NCBI GenBank assembly: GCA_963555825.3
Contig: CAUVXB020000002.1
Coordinates: 448,001-512,000, forward strand
Length of the DNA stretch: 64,000 nt
Reading direction: 5' to 3'
From: Alphaproteobacteria bacterium
GTDB taxonomy: Bacteria; Pseudomonadota; Alphaproteobacteria; JAAXGF01
In this document: piece by piece, positions 42,567 through 53,398 of the stretch
Numbering within the stretch: the first letter of the stretch is position 1
How the letters are laid out: each line of letters begins with the position of its first letter
Translations under genes and position numbers: made by a program
The notes under the pieces: generated by a model
What the model saw: only the letters and a program-made list of their open reading frames with translations
Databases searched by the model: none
Told to the model about the DNA's origin: nothing

Positions 42567-44546
42567 ATGAACATCGTTGAGACCCTGCCGCACGCCGTCC
42601 GCGTCATCGACAACGCGTGGCTCCCGCTCGCCGACGGCACGCGGCTCGCGGCGCGGCTCTGGCGGCCCGACGACGCCGAGCGGAAACCGGTGCCGGCGAT
42701 CCTCGAATACATCCCCTACCGCAAGGCCGACCAGACGGTCTACCGCGACGCGATAAACCACGGCTATCTGGCGGGCCACGGCTATGCCTGCGTCCGCGTC
42801 GACATGCGCGACTCCGGCGATTCGGACGGCGTGCTGCCCGGCCGCCCGGCGGGCCAGCAGGAGGACGACGGCGAGCAGGTCTTGCGCTGGATCGCCGCGC
42901 AGCCCTGGTGCGACGGCCGGGTCGGCATGATGGGCCTGTCGTGGGGCGCCGCGGCAGCGCTCGCGCTCGCCGCGCGCCGCCCGGCCGAACTCGGCGCCGC
43001 GCTGGTCGTCTGCCCGCCCGGTGGCTCGACGCGCTATCACAAGAACGGCTGCCTCATTGCCGGCAATCTCGGCATCATGTCGGTGCTGGTCGCCTATCAC
43101 GCGCGGCCGCCCGACCCGGCGGTCGTCGGCGATGTCTGGCGCGAGACCTGGGCGGCCCGGCTCGACGCCGCCGAGCACGCCTTCGCCGACCCGGCGGCGC
43201 TGATGGCCGGCGGCTCGACCGTGGTCGGCGCGTTCGACGAATACCGGCGCATATCCTGCCCGCTCTACGCCATCGGCGGCTGGTGCGACACCCATCCGGA
43301 CCTCGTGCTCGACCTGCTCGGGGCGCTCGATGGACCACGGAAAGGACTGATCGGCCCCTGGGCACATGTCTACCCGCATCTCGGCGGACCCGGGCCGAAG
43401 CTCGGCTTCCTCCAAGAAGTCCGGCGCTGGTTCGACCACTGGCTCAAGGGCGTCGATGCCGGCGTCATGGACGAGCCCATGCTGCGCGTCTGGATGCCCG
43501 AGAGCGCGCCGCCCCGGCCCTACCACGAGGAACGCCCCGGCCGCTGGGTCGCCGAGACATCCTGGCCATCGCCCGATGTCGCGATCCGCGCGTTAGCGGT
43601 GACCGCCGCCGGGCTTGCCGATGCCGCTGGTGCCGACACCCATCTGACGCTGCGCTCGCCGCAAACCGTCGGCGCCGCGTCGGGGGTGTGGATGCCCTAC
43701 ATGGCTTACGGCCCGGCCGCCGAGCTGCCCGGCGACCAGCGCATCGACGACGCCGGTTCGCTGGTCTTCGACTCGGCGCCGCTCGCCGAGCCGATCGAGA
43801 TGCTGGGCATCGCCCAGGCCACGCTCGAGGTCGCCGCCGACCGGCCCCGCACACTGGTCGCCGTGCGCCTGTGCGACGTCGCGCCGGATGGTGCCTCGGC
43901 GCGTGTCGCCTGGGGCATGCAAGCGCTCGACAACGGACCAGGCCGGCGCCATCGGATCACCGTTTCGATGTCGGCGACGGCGCACGCCTTCCCGGCCGGC
44001 CACCGCATCCGCCTGGCCGTCTCGACGAGCTACTGGCCGCTCATCTGGCCGGCCCCCGAGGCGGCGACGCTCAGCCTCTACACCGGCACGAGCCGCCTCG
44101 CGCTGCCGGTCCGCGCGCCGCGCGACGACGACGCCGAGCTGCGCCCTTTCGGCCCCGCCGAGGGCGCCGCACCACCAGCCCTGAGCCAGCCGCGGCCGGC
44201 CCATCACGAGCGCAGGCTGACGCACGACATCGCGACCGGCGAACAGGTCTTGAGCGATATCGAGGAGGGCGGTGTCATCCGGCTCGACGACTCGGGCCTC
44301 GAGATCAGCGCGTACGCCTCGCAGACCCACCGCATCGCCGCCGACGACCCGGCCACGGCCTCGGTCGCGCTGGTCTGGCGCGCCGGGCTCAGGCGCGGCG
44401 ACTGGCGCACGCTGGTCGAGACCCGCACCGAGGTCCGCGCCTCGGCCGACACGCTGCGCATCGACCTCGCCTTCGAGGCCACGGAGGGCGGCCGCCCGGT
44501 GCGCCAGCGCCGTTGGGAGCACCTCGTCCCGCGCGACCCGACTTAG
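42567..44546 (+). CDS. CocE/NonD-family serine hydrolase
   Basis: EYIPYRK, GLSWG nucleophile, GGWCD and IGPWAH. Confidence 0.88.
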   Translation: MNIVETLPHAVRVIDNAWLPLADGTRLAARLWRPDDAERKPVPAILEYIPYRKADQTVYRDAINHGYLAGHGYACVRVDMRDSGDSDGVLPGRPAGQQEDDGEQVLRWIAAQPWCDGRVGMMGLSWGAAAALALAARRPAELGAALVVCPPGGSTRYHKNGCLIAGNLGIMSVLVAYHARPPDPAVVGDVWRETWAARLDAAEHAFADPAALMAGGSTVVGAFDEYRRISCPLYAIGGWCDTHPDLVLDLLGALDGPRKGLIGPWAHVYPHLGGPGPKLGFLQEVRRWFDHWLKGVDAGVMDEPMLRVWMPESAPPRPYHEERPGRWVAETSWPSPDVAIRALAVTAAGLADAAGADTHLTLRSPQTVGAASGVWMPYMAYGPAAELPGDQRIDDAGSLVFDSAPLAEPIEMLGIAQATLEVAADRPRTLVAVRLCDVAPDGASARVAWGMQALDNGPGRRHRITVSMSATAHAFPAGHRIRLAVSTSYWPLIWPAPEAATLSLYTGTSRLALPVRAPRDDDAELRPFGPAEGAAPPALSQPRPAHHERRLTHDIATGEQVLSDIEEGGVIRLDDSGLEISAYASQTHRIAADDPATASVALVWRAGLRRGDWRTLVETRTEVRASADTLRIDLAFEATEGGRPVRQRRWEHLVPRDPT

Positions 44547-44599
44547 TCCCGCGCGACCCGACCTAGTCCCGCGCGACCCGACTTGGTCCCGCGCGACCC
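44526..44599. repeat. Tandem 20-bp repeat (~3.7 copies) overlapping the CocE stop codon
   Basis: GTCCCGCGCGACCCGACTTA / ..CCTA / ..CTTG / partial. Confidence 0.9.
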
Positions 44600-44684
44600 T
44601 ATGTAGGCCAACGGCGTCGAGACGTAGGCAATCGGCGTCGAGCGCCAGCGCCAGCCTCGAACCGACCAGCACTCAATCCATAAT

Positions 44685-44751
44685 GGGGTCAGACACCATT
44701 ATGGTCGCTTTATATCATTTAGAAACAACACCATAAATGGTGTCTGACACC
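44685..44751. repeat. Inverted pair of GGTGTCAGACACC-type palindromes with AT-rich spacer
   Basis: GGGGTCAGACACC at 44685-44697 and GGTGTCTGACACC at 44739-44751. Confidence 0.75.
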
Positions 44752-44879
44752 GCAGAACTCGACCGCACCGCAGCGCCCGACCACAGTGCGCCACCGTCGC
44801 ACCGACCCTAACACCAGCCGTATCACCGCAACATCCACCGTACTTTCACACCGCGCGTTCTGGGTGAACACTCCTTACA

Positions 44880-44909
44880 ATATTTTTAGTAAATTTTTAC
44901 TAAAAATAT
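44880..44909. repeat. AT-rich palindrome with 14-bp arms
   Basis: ATATTTTTAGTAAA-TT-TTTACTAAAAATAT. Confidence 0.85.
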
Positions 44910-44942
44910 AGTTCATTTTGACACCGGGATTGGATCGGGGGT

Positions 44943-45082
44943 GGCGGCGATCGGCGATCGGCGATCGGCGACGGCGGGCGGCGGGCGGCGGGCGGCGGGC
45001 GCCTGGTCGGCGACGGCGGGCGCCTAGGCGGCGACGGCGGGCGGCGGACGGCGGGCGTCCAGTCGGCGACGGCGGGCGGCGC
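44943..45082. repeat. Degenerate heptamer tandem repeats (GGCGATC/GGCGGGC)
   Basis: Directly downstream of the MFS stop codon. Confidence 0.75.
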
Positions 45083-45086
45083 GCGT

Positions 45087-46304
45087 CTATTCGGCGGGCG
45101 TCGGGACCGCCGCGCCGCGCAGGCCCAGCACCACCTCGTTGCCCGGCTCGGGGCGGGCCGGCACGTTGAACGAGAGCGCCAGCGACACCGCGGCGAGCGC
45201 CGCGCCGGCAAGAAAGACGGCGGCTGGCGAGACCAGCCACAGCAGGCCGAACGACGCCGGCACGATGACCGCGGCGGTGTGGTCGATCGAGAACGAGACG
45301 CCCGCGGTCGAGGCGATGTCGGCGCGATCGGCGATCTTCTGGAAATAGGTCGTCAGCGCGATGGCAAGCGCGAAGAACAGATGGTCGACGACGTAGAGCG
45401 CCGCCGCCAGCCCGGCGTGCTCGACGAAGGCGTAGCCGGTGAACACGAACACCAATCCGCCGTACTCGAAGATCAAGGCGCGGCGCTCGCCCCAGCGCGC
45501 GATCAACCGCCCGACGCGTGGCGCGAGCCACATGTTGATCGTCGCGTTGAGCAGGAACAAGAGCGAGATCTCGCCCACGCTGTAGCCGAACTTCTCGACC
45601 ATCAGGAATCCGGCGAAGACGACGAAGATCTGCCGCCGGGCGCCCGACAGGAAGGTCAGCAGGTAATAGAGCCAGTAGCGCTTGCGCAGCACCATGCGGC
45701 GGCGCTGCTCGACCGCCGCCGGGAAGCGCGGGAAGACCAGCCAGCCGACCGCGACGACGGCCACCGTCACGCCGCCACCGATCATGTAGACCCAGCGAAA
45801 ATCCAGCCGGGCGGTGTCGAAGGCGAGCCAGATCAGCCCGAAGGCGACGATCGAGGTCGCCGAGCCGACCGCGATCAGGCGGCCGAGCATGACGGCCGTG
45901 CGGTCCGTCTCGGTCCACTGCAGCGCGAGCGACATCTCGACCGTGGCGTAGTAGTGGTAGCCGAGCGACATCACGATGGTCGTGAACCACAGCCCGAGCA
46001 CGGACGGGAACCAGCCGGTCAGCGCCGTGCCGATGCCGAGCAAGAGCAATGCAACCAAGGCCAAGGTCTGCTCGCGCAGCACGATCAGCAGGAACACCAC
46101 GGCGAAGGCGAGGAAGCCGGGCACCTCGCGCAGGCTCTGCAGCACGCCCATGTCGGCGCCCGAGAACGCCGCCCGCTCGATCGCGAAGTTGTTGAGCAAC
46201 GCCTGCCAGGTGGCGAAGCTCATCGGCACCGCGCCGGCCATCAGGAACAGCAACACCTCGGGCCGCCGCCAGCCGCCGTCGATGAATGCGCGGATTTCGG
46301 ACAT
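45087..46304 (-). CDS. MFS transporter
   Basis: About 12 hydrophobic segments; SLREVPGFLAF and SGARRQIF. Confidence 0.88.
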   Translation of the reverse strand: MSEIRAFIDGGWRRPEVLLFLMAGAVPMSFATWQALLNNFAIERAAFSGADMGVLQSLREVPGFLAFAVVFLLIVLREQTLALVALLLLGIGTALTGWFPSVLGLWFTTIVMSLGYHYYATVEMSLALQWTETDRTAVMLGRLIAVGSATSIVAFGLIWLAFDTARLDFRWVYMIGGGVTVAVVAVGWLVFPRFPAAVEQRRRMVLRKRYWLYYLLTFLSGARRQIFVVFAGFLMVEKFGYSVGEISLLFLLNATINMWLAPRVGRLIARWGERRALIFEYGGLVFVFTGYAFVEHAGLAAALYVVDHLFFALAIALTTYFQKIADRADIASTAGVSFSIDHTAAVIVPASFGLLWLVSPAAVFLAGAALAAVSLALSFNVPARPEPGNEVVLGLRGAAVPTPAE

Positions 46305-46945
46305 GGGGGAGTGTTTAGCGGGCTATGCGTCGGAAGGCGAGCGAGTCGTTACGCACGAAGGCATTGTTCGCCTTCGCCAGCAGTGCCTCGGGAAAGTTCG
46401 GATCGATCGCGGGGCCAGTAAGATCGATAACGTCGGGTCCGGATTCTGAAATTCTCAATCGATCACTTCATCAGCCTGAGCTTGGCAAGTGGATTGCCAA
46501 CCGCCAGTGCGCGTTCATACCAACGTTGCGCCTCGTCTTTATCGACGTCCACGCCACGTCCGTTCTCATAGGCTTCACCGAAAACACGCTATATATCCGG
46601 AGATGGAAGGAGGCAATTCTTCAAACTCGCCCATCTCGATGAGTTTCCTGAAATATCCCAACGCTTCTTCGTCGTTCTGCTCACCCAACACGCCTGTCCA
46701 CAACACGGTCCCTGCCACATGCAGACCACGTACATTGTTTTGCGCAGCCGATTTTCTGAACCAGAGCAATGCAGCCTGCGGGTCTTTCTCTCCGAACCAG
46801 CCATTCTTGAATGCGCTGCCAAGAAGGAACTGTGCATCTGAGTCTTCTGCTTCCACCGCCCTATTCAGCCAATACTGCGCCAGTTTGAAATTCTGCGCAG
46901 TGAGTCGGACCCGATTTCCTTGGACACAGAATTGGCTTAATCGAA

Positions 46946-47377
46946 GTGTCCAAGGAGGACCGGAACATGACCGACAATTTTGAGAACAAAGTTGCTGTTG
47001 ATGGGCCTGTGGTAAACGAGGGCGAGCTTGGCTCGTCCACGTTTTCCCCGGGCCAGGTTTCGCCGGCAGGCCCGCTGGGACTTGGCCAGCGGTGGACGGT
47101 GACGCGCAAGCGTGAGGTTGCCCTGCGGCTTTTGCGTGGCGAGCCGGTGGAACTTTTGTCGCGGCAGTTGGGCGTGGAGATTTTCCGGCTCGAGCAGTGG
47201 CGTGAGAAGGCGATCGCCGGGATCGATGCCTCGCTCAAGGAACGCAAGGGCGATCCGGTGAAGGCGGAACTGGACATCGCCATGAAGCGGATCGGGGAGT
47301 TGATCATGCAGGTGGAACTGCTGGAGGCCAAGACGGAGACGTCCGGCCCTTTGGGGCGGCGGAGGTCGCGGCGATGA
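46946..47377 (+). CDS. IS OrfA (HTH)
   Basis: RKREVALRLLRGE..LSRQLGV; ATGA overlap with OrfB; start may be 46967. Confidence 0.8.
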   Translation: MSKEDRNMTDNFENKVAVDGPVVNEGELGSSTFSPGQVSPAGPLGLGQRWTVTRKREVALRLLRGEPVELLSRQLGVEIFRLEQWREKAIAGIDASLKERKGDPVKAELDIAMKRIGELIMQVELLEAKTETSGPLGRRRSRR

Positions 47378-48285
47378 GTGCCGCCACCTCTCCCGGCACG
47401 GGTTTGGCCTACGGCCTCCAGCGGGTCTGTGCGGCCTGGGGTTTTGCCCGTTCCTCGTTCTACGCCATGAAATCCCGGCAGCAGGCCACCGCTGAGCGCC
47501 CACCAGCAAAGCGCCGGGGACCGAAGCCCTCGATCTCGGACGAGGCTCTGCTGGTGGCCATCGAGGCCGACCTGGAGGCATCCCCCTGGGAGGGCGAGGG
47601 ACACCGCAAGGTCTGGGCTCGGCTTCGGGTCTGTCGTGGCATCCGTGTTTCCCGCAAGCGGGGGCTCCGGGTGATGCGCGAGAACAACCTGCTCTCGCCC
47701 CATCGCTGCCGCCGCCGTGGCGGAAATCCCCATGTCGGTGAGATCATCACCCATGCCCCCAACCTCATGTGGGGCACGGACGGCGTTCGGGTGTTCACGG
47801 TGGACGACGGCTGGGGCTGGATATTCACCGCCATCGAGCATTGGAACGCCGAGTGCGTCGGCTGGCATGTGTGCAAGCGAGGCGACCGCTTCGCCGCCCT
47901 TCAGCCGATCTCCATGGGGCTTGCGAGGCTGTATGCCTCGACCTCCGCCGGTGCGGCGCGGGGGCTGGCCTTGCGGATGGATCACGGCTCCCAGTATCTG
48001 TCGGACCACTTCACCAACCAGATCAAGTTCTGGGGCATCCAGCCGTCCTACGCCTTCGTCGAACAGCCCCAGACCAACGGCGTCGCCGAGAGGTTCAATC
48101 GCACGCTCAAGGAACAGATCATCCATGGCCGCATCTACCGCAACATCGCGGAGCTGCGGAACGCCGTCCGCGGGTTCGTCGAACAGTACAATGCCCAGTG
48201 GATCGTGGAGAAGAACGGCTACCTGAGCCCCGCTCAAGCTCGTCAGGCGTGGCACACCGCGATGTCACTCAGGCCCGCCGCATGA
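47374..48285 (+). CDS. IS OrfB, integrase-core (rve) DDE transposase
   Basis: WGTD, RMDHGSQY and NGVAERFNRTLKE. Confidence 0.92.
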   Translation: MSAATSPGTGLAYGLQRVCAAWGFARSSFYAMKSRQQATAERPPAKRRGPKPSISDEALLVAIEADLEASPWEGEGHRKVWARLRVCRGIRVSRKRGLRVMRENNLLSPHRCRRRGGNPHVGEIITHAPNLMWGTDGVRVFTVDDGWGWIFTAIEHWNAECVGWHVCKRGDRFAALQPISMGLARLYASTSAGAARGLALRMDHGSQYLSDHFTNQIKFWGIQPSYAFVEQPQTNGVAERFNRTLKEQIIHGRIYRNIAELRNAVRGFVEQYNAQWIVEKNGYLSPAQARQAWHTAMSLRPAA

Positions 48286-49008
48286 GACAAACTTGTGTCC
48301 AAGGAACCGGGTGCGATACATGATTATTTTCTGCTGCAGATAAGTATAATTTTCCCAGTGACAATTCGGGTCTACTGGCCTGCCCCTTTTCCAGCATTTC
48401 CGCGAGTTCGAACTCAGCTGCCGGGTAACCGTCTTGCACCGCTCTCTCAAGGAGATCTGCGGCTTGTTCGAACGAGCCTTGCGCGCGATAGATTCGGCCT
48501 AGCTGGAAAATGACCCGTGGATTCGTCACTTCGTCTTCGAGCGCCTCCTCACAAACAACTTGTGCCTGCGCTACGTCTAGCCTCGAGGTGGCCACCCCCT
48601 CGGCAGTTCTGTACGGATCGTCCGGGTGCGCCGCGAGTTTGTCGCATTTCGCAATGCCGTCAGTTCGGCAGCGAAAACGGGCTGCCCGGGGACCAAAATG
48701 AACAAGCCAATAACCAATAGGCTGAGAGATTGTAACTGTTTCATCCGACTGAACATCCGAATCGCGATAACCATTTGACTCACCCAGTAGGAGCCGGTCG
48801 CGGCGTTTCTATCCACCCGGCGCCGGCGAAAGTCGTGGTCGAAGACGCGGCCCGGCACAGGAAGTTGCGAAAGGCGTGCACGGCACGAAAGATCACCGCC
48901 AACGAAGCCAAGCACGACCGAACCGGCCCGCGCGCAGAACCGGCCCGTGGGACCACAGAGAAGAGCGCGTTCGCAGTGTTCTAAACTCGCGGTTCATCGC
49001 CGGTGCAT

Positions 49009-49311
49009 CTATTTCTTCGTGATATCCCGTCGTTGACTTCCACATGTCGGCAAACTCGAACGTCGGCCGCCACCGGTCTCTGGCAGACTCGATTTTTGCC
49101 GTGCCCGCCCTTTCTTTCTGCGATGCAAGAAAACGAACACGACGACAACGATAACCAGAACAATATAAAAAATTGCCGATGCCTCTTTCCAATATATATA
49201 ATCAGAAAAAAGATAATTAAAAATAAACAAAGGAATAAGCATCACACCTACGGCGACAACAACTAGAATCGGATAAACTGTTATCTTTACAAGCGCGATG
49301 AAAAGACTGAC
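49009..49311 (-). pseudogene. AT-rich membrane-protein fragment truncated by IS copy 2
   Basis: Two hydrophobic segments; the reading frame runs into the IS end. Confidence 0.45.
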
Positions 49312-49356
49312 TGAGTCGGACCCGATTTCCTTGGACACAGAATTGGCTTAATCGAA

Positions 49357-49788
49357 GTGTCCAAGGAGGACCGGAACATGACCGACAATTTTGAGAACAA
49401 AGTTGCTGTTGATGGGCCTGTGGTAAACGAGGGCGAGCTTGGCTCGTCCACGTTTTCCCCGGGCCAGGTTTCGCCGGCAGGCCCGCTGGGACTTGGCCAG
49501 CGGTGGACGGTGACGCGCAAGCGTGAGGTTGCCCTGCGGCTTTTGCGTGGCGAGCCGGTGGAACTTTTGTCGCGGCAGTTGGGCGTGGAGATTTTCCGGC
49601 TCGAGCAGTGGCGTGAGAAGGCGATCGCCGGGATCGATGCCTCGCTCAAGGAACGCAAGGGCGATCCGGTGAAGGCGGAACTGGACATCGCCATGAAGCG
49701 GATCGGGGAGTTGATCATGCAGGTGGAACTGCTGGAGGCCAAGACGGAGACGTCCGGCCCTTTGGGGCGGCGGAGGTCGCGGCGATGA
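49357..49788 (+). CDS. IS OrfA (HTH)
   Basis: Identical to 46946-47377. Confidence 0.8.
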   Translation: MSKEDRNMTDNFENKVAVDGPVVNEGELGSSTFSPGQVSPAGPLGLGQRWTVTRKREVALRLLRGEPVELLSRQLGVEIFRLEQWREKAIAGIDASLKERKGDPVKAELDIAMKRIGELIMQVELLEAKTETSGPLGRRRSRR

Positions 49789-50696
49789 GTGCCGCCACCT
49801 CTCCCGGCACGGGTTTGGCCTACGGCCTCCAGCGGGTCTGTGCGGCCTGGGGTTTTGCCCGTTCCTCGTTCTACGCCATGAAATCCCGGCAGCAGGCCAC
49901 CGCTGAGCGCCCACCAGCAAAGCGCCGGGGACCGAAGCCCTCGATCTCGGACGAGGCTCTGCTGGTGGCCATCGAGGCCGACCTGGAGGCATCCCCCTGG
50001 GAGGGCGAGGGACACCGCAAGGTCTGGGCTCGGCTTCGGGTCTGTCGTGGCATCCGTGTTTCCCGCAAGCGGGGGCTCCGGGTGATGCGCGAGAACAACC
50101 TGCTCTCGCCCCATCGCTGCCGCCGCCGTGGCGGAAATCCCCATGTCGGTGAGATCATCACCCATGCCCCCAACCTCATGTGGGGCACGGACGGCGTTCG
50201 GGTGTTCACGGTGGACGACGGCTGGGGCTGGATATTCACCGCCATCGAGCATTGGAACGCCGAGTGCGTCGGCTGGCATGTGTGCAAGCGAGGCGACCGC
50301 TTCGCCGCCCTTCAGCCGATCTCCATGGGGCTTGCGAGGCTGTATGCCTCGACCTCCGCCGGTGCGGCGCGGGGGCTGGCCTTGCGGATGGATCACGGCT
50401 CCCAGTATCTGTCGGACCACTTCACCAACCAGATCAAGTTCTGGGGCATCCAGCCGTCCTACGCCTTCGTCGAACAGCCCCAGACCAACGGCGTCGCCGA
50501 GAGGTTCAATCGCACGCTCAAGGAACAGATCATCCATGGCCGCATCTACCGCAACATCGCGGAGCTGCGGAACGCCGTCCGCGGGTTCGTCGAACAGTAC
50601 AATGCCCAGTGGATCGTGGAGAAGAACGGCTACCTGAGCCCCGCTCAAGCTCGTCAGGCGTGGCACACCGCGATGTCACTCAGGCCCGCCGCATGA
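49785..50696 (+). CDS. IS OrfB DDE transposase
   Basis: Identical to 47374-48285. Confidence 0.92.
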   Translation: MSAATSPGTGLAYGLQRVCAAWGFARSSFYAMKSRQQATAERPPAKRRGPKPSISDEALLVAIEADLEASPWEGEGHRKVWARLRVCRGIRVSRKRGLRVMRENNLLSPHRCRRRGGNPHVGEIITHAPNLMWGTDGVRVFTVDDGWGWIFTAIEHWNAECVGWHVCKRGDRFAALQPISMGLARLYASTSAGAARGLALRMDHGSQYLSDHFTNQIKFWGIQPSYAFVEQPQTNGVAERFNRTLKEQIIHGRIYRNIAELRNAVRGFVEQYNAQWIVEKNGYLSPAQARQAWHTAMSLRPAA

Positions 50697-51090
50697 GACA
50701 AACTTGTGTCCAAGGAACCGGGTGCGATACATCGGGTACGCCGGTCGAGGGTGTCTATGTCGGGATTTGGTATATATTTTTTGTCGGCCTCCCGATCTAT
50801 GGAATTCTTTATGTCGGGCTGAAGCTGCGCGAGTATCTGCGAGAGATCGAAGCCATACTTTTGAAACAGCAGACGTGATCTCGCTGGTCCCTGCCGAATT
50901 CCAGCATCATGAATGGTGAGGTGCATACGGGTCCGCTTCGTGCTTTCAAGCCACGTCAAATTGCAAACTGGGACCCTGCCGGATCGTGGCCCGTCTTGCG
51001 TTCCGCGAGCCGATTGAGCAGGATTGGCGGCAAGACGCCATCCGCCGTGACACGTCGGCGGTCGGCATAACCGACCATGGGAGGAACGAC

Positions 51091-52238
51091 ATGGAAACCA
51101 AACGTGACGTCGAACGCTTCATCGACGACTTCAAGATGCGCCGGCTCGACCGCCGCGACTTCACAGCAAGGGACTGGCCTCTGTCGGCCTGGTGACGATC
51201 GGCTCGTCGGTCCTGCCGCACCGCGCCACCGCGTCGCCCGACGAACAGCCGGTGTGCTTCACCTGGGGCGGCTACGAGGTGCCCGAGATGCACGGCGAGT
51301 ACATCACGAAATATGGCGAATCGCCGCGCTTCGCCCTGTGGGGCGACGAGGAGGAAGCCGAGGCCAAGATGGTCGCCGGCTTCCAGCCCGACGTCGCCAT
51401 GCCGTGCTCGTACAAGGTCCAGAAGTGGAACGACTACGGCTTCCTCGACGAGATCGACACCTCGCGGCTGAGCCACTGGCCCGACATCATCGAGCCCTTG
51501 AAGGGCGTTCCCGACATGGCGATCGACGGCAAGCGCCTGATGGTCTGCGCCTGGTGGGGGCTGACCTCGGTCACCTTCCGCACCGATCTGGCGCCCGAGT
51601 ACGTCGACCCGTCGACCCACACCTGGGGCATCCTGTGGGATCCCAAGTACGAGGGCCGGCTGTCGATGATCGACAGCCTGATCGACGGCGTCATGGTGGC
51701 GGCGATCTATTCCGGCGCCAAGGACCCGTTCAACATGACCCCCGACGAGGTCGCCAGAACCAAGGAGCTGATGGCCGAGCAGCGGCCGTTGCTGCGCTTC
51801 TACACCAACAGCGTCACCGAGTGGGAGCAGGCGCTCGCCTCGGGCGAGCTGGTCGCCGCGGCGTCGTGGAACAACACCATCACGACGCTCTCGAAGGACG
51901 GCCTGCCGGTCGCCTTCATGTTCCCCAAGGAGGGTCCAATGACCTGGACCTGCGGCATCGTCTTGATGAAGAACCGCGATGCCAACATGACCGACCGCGC
52001 CTACGACCTGATCAACGCGTTCATGAGCCCCGACACGGGCGAGTACTGGGTCATGGAGAACGGCATGGGCCATGCCAACAAGAAGACCTACGAGCGCATC
52101 TCGGACGACGACCTGATCATGCGCGGCCTGACGCCGGGCAACATCGAGGAATACATCGCCTCGGGCATCTTCCAGGCGACGATCCAGAACGAGCCCGAGC
52201 TGCAGGCCATGTACGAAGAGGTCAAGGCCGGCTTCTAG
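51091..52238 (+). CDS. PotD/PotF-family ABC substrate-binding protein, apparent frameshift near 51165
   Basis: GGGAGG RBS, ATG at 51091, Tat-like DRRDF; body (FTWGGY, PKEG) in another frame. Confidence 0.8.
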
Positions 52239-52241
52239 GGC

Positions 52242-52431
52242 CTAGAGCATAGTCCGATCGATTGGAATCGGTCGGACTATGCCAGCCCGCGCCAGTCTTA
52301 ATGGGACAAGCGGGGGCCGCCGATCGTTCGGCCAGTCTTGATCCCATAAGAGTGGCAAGCGCGGCGATTGAGCGCAGGTCATCTTCACGAAGTGAAGGTG
52401 ACCGCACAATGCTTAAGACGACACGCTCTAG
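52242..52431 (+). repeat. Structured intergenic repeat, complete copy R7 with CTAGAGC..GCTCTAG ends
   Basis: Terminal inverted heptamers plus all internal hairpins. Confidence 0.92.
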
Positions 52432-52492
52432 CTCGACACCCACGCGGCCCACGCCGCGGGGGTTTTTCTTTGGGCGCGGGGCGGGCGCGCCC

Positions 52493-53398
52493 TCAGCTCC
52501 CGGTCAGCCGCACTCCCTCGCCGAGCACGCGGGCGACGGTGGCGCCCATCTCCGACGGGCTCGGCGCGATGGTGACGCCGGCGTCCTCGAGGATGCGCAG
52601 CTTCTCGTCGGCGCTCTCGCCGAACGCCGAGATGATCGCGCCGGCGTGGCCCATGGTGCGGCCCTTGGGCGCCGAGAGGCCAGCGACGTAGGCGACCACC
52701 GGCTTGGACATGTGATCGCGGATGAACGCGGCGGCCTCGGCCTCCTGGGGGCCGCCGATCTCGCCGATCATCATGACGACTTGCGTTTCGCCGTCGGCCT
52801 CGAACAGCGCGAGCACGTCCTTGAACGACGAGCCGTTGATCGGGTCGCCGCCGATGCCGACGCTGGTCGAAACACCGATGCCGAGCGCCTTCATCTGCGC
52901 GGCGGCCTCATAGCCGAGCGTGCCCGAGCGGCCGACGATGCCGACCGGGCCGCGCGCATAGATATGCCCCGGCATGATGCCGGCGAGCGCCTGGCGCGGA
53001 CTGATCACGCCGGCGCAGTTTGGCCCGAGCAAGCACATGCGCCGTTCCGCCCGGTAGCGCCGCATATAGCGCTTGACCTGGATCATGTCCTGCGCCCGGA
53101 TGCCGTCGGTGATCGCGATGCACAGCCGAATGCCGGCGTCGGCCGCCTCCATGATCGCGTCGGCCGCGAAGGGCGGCGGCACGAAGACGACGCTGGCCAC
53201 AGCACCCGTCTCGGCGACCGCCGCCTTGACCGTGTCGAACACCGGCACGCCGGCCGCCGTGGCGCCGCCCTTGCCGGGCGTCACGCCGCCGACGACGCGC
53301 GTGCCATAGTCGGCCATCTCCCGGGCGTGGAAGGCGCCGATGCGCCCGGTGATGCCCTGGACGATGACGGCGGTGTCGCGGTCGAGAAGGATGCTCAT
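52493..53398 (-). CDS. mtkB: Malate-CoA ligase alpha subunit (SucD-like)
   Basis: [33 protein letters not shown]; [17 protein letters not shown] resembles Mtk. Confidence 0.82.
   Translation of the reverse strand: MSILLDRDTAVIVQGITGRIGAFHAREMADYGTRVVGGVTPGKGGATAAGVPVFDTVKAAVAETGAVASVVFVPPPFAADAIMEAADAGIRLCIAITDGIRAQDMIQVKRYMRRYRAERRMCLLGPNCAGVISPRQALAGIMPGHIYARGPVGIVGRSGTLGYEAAAQMKALGIGVSTSVGIGGDPINGSSFKDVLALFEADGETQVVMMIGEIGGPQEAEAAAFIRDHMSKPVVAYVAGLSAPKGRTMGHAGAIISAFGESADEKLRILEDAGVTIAPSPSEMGATVARVLGEGVRLTGS

Larger units (their letters stand above)
46901..48320 (+). mobile_element. IS3-like element, copy 1 (1420 bp)
   Basis: TG..CA ends; IRs TGAGTCGGACCCGATTTCCTTGGACAC / GTGTCCAAGGAACCGGGTGCGATACA. 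Confidence 0.9.
46470..48756 (-). pseudogene. Sel1-repeat secreted protein, frameshifted and split by an IS
   Basis: Signal peptide near 48744; CDKLAAHPDDP motif in a shifted frame; Sel1 repeats on both sides of the IS. Confidence 0.7.
49312..50731 (+). mobile_element. IS3-like element, copy 2 (apparently identical to copy 1)
   Basis: Same ends and identical ORF translations. Confidence 0.9.

Noticed and set aside
42617-44566. Long Arg/Pro-rich alternative-frame and antisense ORFs here and across the window
   Set aside because: Expected shadows of high-GC coding sequence; no recognisable motifs.
44526-44599. 20-bp tandem repeat as a mini-CRISPR
   Set aside because: Units are contiguous with no spacers.
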